In this document: positions 60,921 through 64,000 of the stretch, one piece after another
Layout: each line of letters starts with the position of its first letter
Position numbering within the stretch: the stretch's first letter is position 1
From: Eledone cirrhosa
Lineage: Eukaryota
DNA length: 64,000 bases
Direction: 5' to 3'
NCBI GenBank assembly: GCA_964016885.1
Contig: OZ024740.1
Span: 407,464,001-407,528,000 of the forward strand
Position numbers and translations under genes: made by a program
Notes under the pieces: generated by a model
Told to the model about the DNA's origin: nothing
The model's input: the letters and a program-made list of their open reading frames with translations, nothing else
Databases searched by the model: none

Positions 60921-63900
60921 TAATAATAATAATGATAATAATAATAATGATTTCATTTATTAGCCACAAGGGCCGACATGTAGGGGACAATACAAAGACA
61001 GGGAAGTGGGGGTTTACAATAAGGTCGAGTAAAAGTGCACAATGGCAAGACTAATTTAACAATGAAAATATAAAATATAAAATAAACTATGCAAAATATA
61101 ACAAAATAAATTCCCCGATAGGGGGTGGACGACCCTGGGTGATTCGGGTACCCAACCAATCCTGAACCACCCTGCGCTTCTAGGGCACCCAGGAGAGCAC
61201 CCCTCTCCTCAAGTTAGCCAGCCTATAGGCGCATGGTCAGAGTAGGCCCATTCACACGAGCCATTCTTGCCACATTCACCCACCTTTTAGCAAATGTACT
61301 GGGGGGCAGCACTTCTCTCTCCACCCTCACCCTCCTTTCCAGGTGAAACTTGAAGAAGTTGATGAGGGATTGGCCGAAGAGAAAAGTGTCTGTCTTTAGT
61401 CCTTTCAACCTGGTCCACCATATAATCTCTTTTGCAACTGCCACCAGACAGAGGAAAATGTCCTGCTCTTCCTGACCTAAGGAAGGTGGCGGCTCGATCT
61501 TCACTATGGACTCGGCCGATAACTGGATTCGTTCCACACGCGACAGTAGCTGTTCGACATAACTCCACAAGTCAGTAATGCACGGACATTGGACAAGTGC
61601 GTGCAGAACTTGGGCAGGTCCGTCTGACAGCACTTCCGTGCCTGTAGAGTTTATCCCGAACCGGCAGTGCCCCCCGGTAGCACTGCCAAGCGAGGGATTT
61701 CTGGAAATTGTCCATCGTCCCCGGCTCAAAAGTCCTCCGGTACAGACTGGTCAGTTCGACTTCGTCGAGGCCCAAAGCTTCTCCGAGTGCGTCATCGCAC
61801 TTGCCCACCACTAATCCTCTATAAAACTCGAGAGTGGAAGTTCCACTGATCGCATTGCCCGCTTGGTAGAGGGCAGTGAGTGCCTGGAAACATTCCAGGT
61901 GCCAGTCACCCAGTCTCGGTCTCTTCTTGACCCAGGATTGCAGCTCAGTCAAAGAAATGAGCTGCGGAAAGGCCCGTCTGATAAACGGCGACCACACCTG
62001 TTCACCATTGAGGCAGAATATCTGGAGATGTCGCAGCCTCAACGCATGTCTGCGCATCATTAGCCACGGCATGCCCAGCCCTCCGTGTAGAGGGTGCTGG
62101 CAGCAGATGGACCGCCTCACCAACGGAACTTGTCCCCTCCACAAGAATTTGAAGAGGAGCCGTTCCAACTTGACGAGGCGCGGACGGGGGCAAGGTACGA
62201 CGATTAGGCGGTAATAGATGACGGACGCGATTTACGCATTCGCCACCTCCGCGCGACCTTTCAGTGATAGCTTCCTTCCAGCCCATTTTTGGGTGAGCCT
62301 GGCTACTCTGCTCGTTACCTCGTCCCAATTCTTTTCCACCTGGAGGTCTGGTCCAAACCAAACCCCGAGCAACTTTACTGGTCCGTCCGTCCAGCGCCCC
62401 ACGACGCTGTTGGACGGCATGGGCTTGCCTCTCCAGGTTCCGAGCTGCAAGCCCACCGACTTTTCCGGGTTAAGTTTGGCTCCTGTCAACCTTTCATATT
62501 CTTTCAATAAGGTGCCGACCACCTCGATTTCTGAGGTGTTTGACACCATCACGGTGATGTCGTCCGCATAAGCCGACACCGCCTTTCCACGTCCCGGTTC
62601 GAGCGGGATGCCCTGCAACAGCTCCAGCTTCCGCAGTAAAGGCTCGAGAGTCAATACGTACAGAAGGGAAGAGAGAGGGCACCCTTGACGGACCGATCGG
62701 GAGAGCCGAAATGGTTCCGAGAGGTGGCCATTAACTTTGACCACCGAGTGTGTGCCGCTGTGCATTGCAACGATCCAGCTTCTAAAGACAGGGCCGAAGC
62801 CAGCTGCTTTGAGGACAAACTCCAGATACCGATGGTCGACCCTATCGAATGCTTTTGATTGATCTAAATTGATCAGTGCCCCACCGAAGCCAGGTTTACA
62901 CCCTACCCTCTCTATGATGTATCGCATGAGGTGGAGATTGTCGTGTATGGACCTGGCTGGGATTGCGCAAGTTTGCACCTCCCCAACCAAATCCTCGACG
63001 ACAAGCGCCAATCTCTTTGCTAACACCTTGGCCAAAATCTTAAACTCTGTGTTGAGCAGAGTTATGGGCCTGAAGTTGTCTAATGTATCCCTCTTGTTCT
63101 CGTCTTTCCTTATCAGCGTCACCACTCCCCTGCTCACAGAACTGGGAATACTCCCATTCTGCTGCCAGTTACAGTAGAGTGCTTCAAGGAGTTCGGAGAA
63201 CAAGTCTGGCATATTTACGTAAAGCTCGTAGGGCAGGCCATCCAAGCCTGGTGACTTGCGCCTCATGCAGCCGACAAGGGCGTCCTGAATTTCGGCTGAA
63301 GTAATCGGCCTTTCGCAGCGCTCAGCGTCGACCGTCGAGATGCGCGGCAAGCCGTCAAGGTAGGGACTGAAATCCGCTACTCTCTCTGACCCGCCACTCT
63401 CCCCGAACAACCGAGAAAAGTGCTGGCGAAAGGCCTCACACATCCGCTTGGAATCACTTATCTCGTGTCCGTCTCGGTCCGCCAAAGACCGAATTGTGGT
63501 TTTATTACCACGCTGCGCCTCCGCCACGCGGGCCCATCGAACAGCTTTAGTTCCCTCGTTTCTCAGTGCACGCGCCTTAGCTCTGACAATGCAACCTTCG
63601 TGTTTGGCATTGAAGAAATGGTCTAATGCCATTCTCGCCGCTAGCACGTCAGTTGCGATGCCACTACAAATAGCCTCGTCTAACTTATCTACCAGCTCCC
63701 CCTCCTTTCTATTTTTCTCTAACGCTAGTTCTTTGCTGAACTCTATCGAAGTTACTCTAATCTCTCTTTTGAGAGCCCCCCACCATCTGTTGTTGATGAT
63801 CCCCCCTGTCAACTTTTGCTTAACTAACTTATTGACTCGGTCCCTGTAAGCCTTACGTGCCGGAAATGACATGTTCAGCTTCCAGTAACCCGGTCCTAAC

Positions 63901-64000
63901 CTACGCGTTTTATTTAGGTCGACCGTACAGATCACAAATTTGTGATCTGAATAGGCGACCGTTTTAAAAAGTGGACAGCCCACACTATTTCTATCTATTT
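60921..64000 (-). mobile_element. L1/Tx1-clade LINE, ORF2 with frameshifts, 5' part beyond the window
   Basis: EN end SDHK, then GPGYWKLN, KSPGLDGLPYE, NFRPITLLN, RQGCPLS, YADD, LSLKGR. C-terminal part broken into ORFs 61572-62168 and 61223-61729. Minus-strand AATAAA at ~60956-61 and (TTA)n at 60921-60950. Confidence 0.92.
62232..63983 (-). pseudogene. L1/Tx1 ORF2 reverse transcriptase segment
   Basis: 583-aa frame with RT motifs, ended by a frameshift-induced stop. Confidence 0.85.

Overview
Eukaryotic, AT-rich, repeat-dense DNA. The SINE/LINE repertoire suggests an octopus or other coleoid cephalopod (inference). The first ~23.5 kb is a 19-bp satellite (consensus CACATCTCWCTACTGTCYT) with kb-scale higher-order repeats. 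It lies in an intron of folylpolyglutamate synthase (FPGS) and runs almost into the splice acceptor. Five 3' FPGS exons (+) can be spliced in frame between 23573 and 37074. An antisense CR1 LINE with two uninterrupted ORFs sits in the next intron. Its ORF2 has no AUG before the endonuclease motifs, ORF1 ends in G_GGA_AAC-UAA with ORF2 exactly in the -1 frame, and a perfect 15-bp stem lies downstream. This candidate -1 programmed ribosomal frameshift in a non-LTR element is the most striking signal. The rest holds a near-complete but disrupted RTE LINE, many RTE fragments, tRNA-derived SINEs, TTAA-flanked MITEs, Tc1/maT and Penelope relics, several minisatellites, a probable terminal exon of a convergent (-) gene, and an L1/Tx1 element cut by the window end. 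All alignments were made by eye and TE boundaries are approximate.
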